The notes under the pieces: generated by a model
Told to the model about the DNA's origin: nothing
Databases searched by the model: none
Seen by the model: only the letters and a program-made list of their open reading frames with translations
Translations under genes and position numbers: made by a program
From: an uncultured candidate division Zixibacteria bacterium
Lineage (GTDB): Bacteria > Zixibacteria > MSB-5A5 > UBA10806 > 4484-95
NCBI GenBank assembly: GCA_963668625.2
Contig: CAXXKA010000001.1
Location: 224,001 to 288,000, forward strand
Length of the DNA: 64,000 nucleotides
Direction: 5' to 3'
Shown: positions 60,784 through 64,000 of the stretch, piece after piece
Numbering within the stretch: position 1 is the stretch's first letter
How the letters are laid out: each line of letters opens with the position of its first letter

Positions 60784-62034
60784 ATGGCAACTTTTAAATA
60801 TGTAGTTAAAGACAGCAAGGGAAATAAACACGAGGGAACCGTATCGGCCACCTCGGTTGACGGCGCTGTCAACAAATTGAGAGAGGGTGGCAACACTGTC
60901 ATCTCGGTCGTTGACTCCCGTCAGGCAGCCGAGAAAGGCGGAAGTCTTTTTGATGCTATTTCCCTGTACATTTATAAGCAAAGAACAAAAGTACCTCTAA
61001 GCGCGCTTGTCTTTTTTACTCGTCAGTTAGCGACAATGTTTTCGGCTGGTCTGACTATCGAGAAATCCCTGAATAACCTCTTGTATGAGGAGGGCAATGT
61101 CAAGTTCAGAAAAGTCGTTGCCCAGCTTCTCAATGATGTCAAAAAGGGATTGTCGCTTTCGGAGGCGCTTGAACTTCACCCCGGCGTTTTCATGCCTTTA
61201 TATATCGCCCTGGTGAAAGCCGGTGAAATTTCCGGTACGCTTTCGGTCGTTCTCGAGGAGGTTGCCGACTACCTGGAGTTTATTCAGGATACACGCCGAA
61301 AAATAGTTTCGGCAATGTCTTACCCGGCATTCGTTGTGGTCTTCCTGAGCTTTCTCGTTATCGTACTGATCGTCTGGATCGTGCCGATGTTCGAGGGCGT
61401 TTACGCCAAATTCGATGCCGATTTACCGATCTATACCCAGATGCTGATGAATCTATCCAATACCGTTCGCGAAAATTTCATCCTGACTATAATGGGAGTG
61501 ATGATGTTTATTGGGTTGATGATTATTATCAACCTTACGAGAACGGGAAAATACATTTTCGACCGGATTAAGCTGGCCATACCGGTAATCAGGAATCTTA
61601 TCATAAACTCGACCATGAGCAAGATATCCCGTACGTTCGGTATGCTCCTGGGCTCCGGCGTTCCGGTGGTCGATACTATGGTGCTTGTCAGGCGGGTGGT
61701 AACGAATTCGCATTACCAGAGAGCGCTGACCAGATCGACCCAATACGTTAAGGATGGTTTTTCGATTGCCGCCTCGTTGAAGAAAACGAATGTATTTCCG
61801 AACACCCTCCTATCGCTGGCTGCCACCGGTGAGGAGACGGGTGAGATGGAGAAGATGCTGGCCAAGGCCGCCGATTTCTATGACAAACAGTTAGAGGCCG
61901 TTATTGCCAGGTTAACCTCGTTGATTGAACCTCTGTTAATCGCGATGATCGCCGTTGTGATTCTTGGAATCGTAATCGTGATTTACCTGCCGATATTCAT
62001 GTTCGGTTCGGCGATGAGAAAAGCTATTCAGTAA
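60784..62034 (+). CDS. pilC: Inner-membrane platform protein PilC
   Basis: FTRQLATM, GEISG.L, AMSYP, GEETG, LIEP. Confidence 0.93.
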   Translation: MATFKYVVKDSKGNKHEGTVSATSVDGAVNKLREGGNTVISVVDSRQAAEKGGSLFDAISLYIYKQRTKVPLSALVFFTRQLATMFSAGLTIEKSLNNLLYEEGNVKFRKVVAQLLNDVKKGLSLSEALELHPGVFMPLYIALVKAGEISGTLSVVLEEVADYLEFIQDTRRKIVSAMSYPAFVVVFLSFLVIVLIVWIVPMFEGVYAKFDADLPIYTQMLMNLSNTVRENFILTIMGVMMFIGLMIIINLTRTGKYIFDRIKLAIPVIRNLIINSTMSKISRTFGMLLGSGVPVVDTMVLVRRVVTNSHYQRALTRSTQYVKDGFSIAASLKKTNVFPNTLLSLAATGEETGEMEKMLAKAADFYDKQLEAVIARLTSLIEPLLIAMIAVVILGIVIVIYLPIFMFGSAMRKAIQ

Positions 62035-62052
62035 TATTGAAATAATCGAATC

Positions 62053-62083
62053 GCCACCCCTTCTACGGGGTGGCATTTTTTTT
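62053..62083 (+). terminator. Rho-independent terminator ending the pil operon
   Basis: GCCACCCC-TTCTAC-GGGGTGGC followed by A and T8. Confidence 0.88.
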
Positions 62084-62797
62084 ATGCAAGATAATTTAAG
62101 CAAATACTTTCCCGGTATAAAGAACGAGATTTTCAAAGAGTATATACCATCCCTGGAGGATTACCGCTTTACTCCTGAAAAAACGAGAATTCTCTGCTTT
62201 ATAGCCGGCTCCCAGGCTTGCGGCGAATACGAAATCATGCGCGGTCTGATAAACTGGGCCTTAGATCGCGGCGTGACGATTGATACGATATATGAAATTT
62301 TATTACAGGGACATTTGTTCGTCGGGTACCCGAGGGCGCTGGAGTCTTTTTTCGTACTCGATGAGATTTGCCGGGAATCGAATTTGACCCCCGGCGCTAA
62401 GGCCGATGAATCCTGGGATCAGGTTTTATTCAGGAAGCGTGGATTAGAGACCGCCCGCAAAATTTATTCTAAAAATTTCGACCTGGTGTATAACAATATT
62501 AAAAAGCTGGCTCCCCAATTAGGCAAGGGAATGATATATGAAGGCTACGGCCGGATAATTTCCCGACCGGGCGCTGGAATCATTGACCGGGAACTGGCAA
62601 TTGTCTCGATACTGACTATCAGTGATATGCAACGTCAGGTTTACTCCCATATCCGCGGCGCCCATAATGTAGGGGCCTCCCCGGAGACAATTGCCGAGGT
62701 AATAGAGCAATGCCTCGCCTTTTGCCCCGAAAAAATAATCATCAAAGCACGCTCCACGATGGAAAAATCGCTTGGAATTTCCGCCTTTCCCGAATAA
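62084..62797 (+). CDS. Carboxymuconolactone decarboxylase/AhpD-like protein (tandem domains)
   Basis: E.LLQ.HLFVGYPR, YG.I.SRPG....REL, SH.RGA.NVGAS; start uncertain (ATG abuts terminator). Confidence 0.75.
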   Translation: MQDNLSKYFPGIKNEIFKEYIPSLEDYRFTPEKTRILCFIAGSQACGEYEIMRGLINWALDRGVTIDTIYEILLQGHLFVGYPRALESFFVLDEICRESNLTPGAKADESWDQVLFRKRGLETARKIYSKNFDLVYNNIKKLAPQLGKGMIYEGYGRIISRPGAGIIDRELAIVSILTISDMQRQVYSHIRGAHNVGASPETIAEVIEQCLAFCPEKIIIKARSTMEKSLGISAFPE

Positions 62798-62826
62798 AAT
62801 AAATCTCGGAGGCGTATAATTACAAT

Positions 62827-64000
62827 ATGAGGCACTTGATTAAAATACCGCTGGCCGGGATATCGTTAATTTTATTCTTGGTTACGCTATTATTATATCT
62901 CTATTTCTTTACCAGCGTCCCCGAACAACAGTTGAACGATTGGCTGGAATATTACCTTCCCGAAAATACCGGCTATAAAGTTACCGTGGATAAAGTTTAT
63001 CGTGACTTATGGAGACAGATTAAATTCGAGGGTATTAAGGTATTTAAAATATCCGGCGATAAATCCGTTCCTATCGGTTTCGTAAATACTATTGAGGCTC
63101 AATATTCGATACGAGATATATTGTTTCAGGATTATCACTTTTCTAATTTCTCGGTTAAAGATATCGATATCTCATTAGTTCCCGATGATCGGCTGATAGA
63201 GGTCGCCGCCGATACCTCGGTTAGAAAGCCGCCGTCCCAACTAAAGCTTCCCGATGTGATAATTGATAATATCGAATTCAGAAATATCAACATACAAGCT
63301 CCGCTGGGCGGGGAGATAGTTGATTTCATCATTCCCGTTTTTTCCGGATCATTCGGTAGCGACGGCGGCCTGGTTGATTTGCAGATCGATAGTATTAACG
63401 GTAGCTGTCCGCAGAAAGAGTTCGAGGTAGAATACCTCAACGCCCGCTGTTTTATAGCTGATGACGGCTTGATGATCGAAGCATTGAATATTAAAACTTC
63501 TCGTTCACTGATAGGGATAAGCGGCAGGTTCGGCGAATTGAAATCGCCCGATTACAAGCTTGCTATTGATATCTCGCCGATTGATTTAGCCGATGTTGCC
63601 GCGCTTACCGGAGTCAAACTCGAGGGGGTATTCGAGGTGGCGGGAAGTGTCAACGGTGATTTGAAGAAGTTCGGAGGAGAGCTAAAAGGAAGCGGCTCGC
63701 TTTTCGAGAGATCATTGGATAATTTTACGATGGATTTCAGGTTTGACGATAAAATCCTGTATGTCGATTCGTATGTTGGCAACTTATTCGAATCGCCACT
63801 GGTTGGCAGCGGCCTGTTGGATTTCAATCACAAACCCGAACGTTATACTTTTGACGGTAATTTTCAAGGATTGAATCTGCAGAAGATTTCACCGGATATT
63901 TACAGCTCTTTCAGCGGTGATTTTCAATTGAACGGACAGGGATTTAGCAGCGAGTCGTTTTATATGGAGGTCGACGCCCAATTGGATTGGGCCGATATCG
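62827..64000 (+). CDS. AsmA/TamB-like protein, 3' truncated by window edge
   Basis: Not in ORF track; ATG 62827 MRHLIKIPLAGISLILFLVTLLLYLYFF (TM) then open beta-rich frame to the window end. Confidence 0.65.
   Translation, partial: MRHLIKIPLAGISLILFLVTLLLYLYFFTSVPEQQLNDWLEYYLPENTGYKVTVDKVYRDLWRQIKFEGIKVFKISGDKSVPIGFVNTIEAQYSIRDILFQDYHFSNFSVKDIDISLVPDDRLIEVAADTSVRKPPSQLKLPDVIIDNIEFRNINIQAPLGGEIVDFIIPVFSGSFGSDGGLVDLQIDSINGSCPQKEFEVEYLNARCFIADDGLMIEALNIKTSRSLIGISGRFGELKSPDYKLAIDISPIDLADVAALTGVKLEGVFEVAGSVNGDLKKFGGELKGSGSLFERSLDNFTMDFRFDDKILYVDSYVGNLFESPLVGSGLLDFNHKPERYTFDGNFQGLNLQKISPDIYSSFSGDFQLNGQGFSSESFYMEVDAQLDWADI

Overview
A gene-dense, almost entirely + strand 64-kb chromosomal segment of a Gram-negative bacterium (LptFG, BamA-Skp-LpxD, secretin). 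Gene content and order suggest an FCB/Zixibacteria-like lineage, which is an inference only. Order: folP(partial)-cdaA-obgE-dprA(frameshifted)-ptsH-ptsI-PGI/PMI-nucleotidyltransferase; metK-ahcY; csp; lptFG (minus strand); yhaM-flavin reductase-tgt; yajC-def-fmt-rng-DUF2148; rplU-bamA-skp-lpxD; trxA-CoA-binding protein; osmC-rhomboid-atypical receiver protein; ccdA-orphan anti-sigma; DUF2064-like; Ser/Thr kinase; a peptidase/amidohydrolase operon; a sigma54-type outer-membrane operon; a palindromic repeat cluster; DUF401; ECF sigma/anti-sigma/HtrA-like; a 14-kb single-operon type IVa pilus system; CMD-like; TamB/AsmA-like (partial). I found no rRNA, tRNA, CRISPR array, transposase or phage gene. 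Most notable: (1) the pilus operon lacks pilY1 but carries a 534-aa PilX-like subunit and an 811-aa tandem-Ig lipoprotein between pilQ and pilB; (2) def and tgt appear to need non-canonical ATC/ATA starts, and lptF and DUF401 look leaderless; (3) a ccdA-linked anti-sigma with a CGCCC tail lies within a putative GAACT-N17-GTT ECF regulon; (4) three apparent pseudo-enzymes (HtrA, receiver, DUF2064); (5) possible switches at a dprA poly-A tract and an inverted repeat around the pilA sigma54 promoter. All calls come from reading motifs by eye; no database searches were run.
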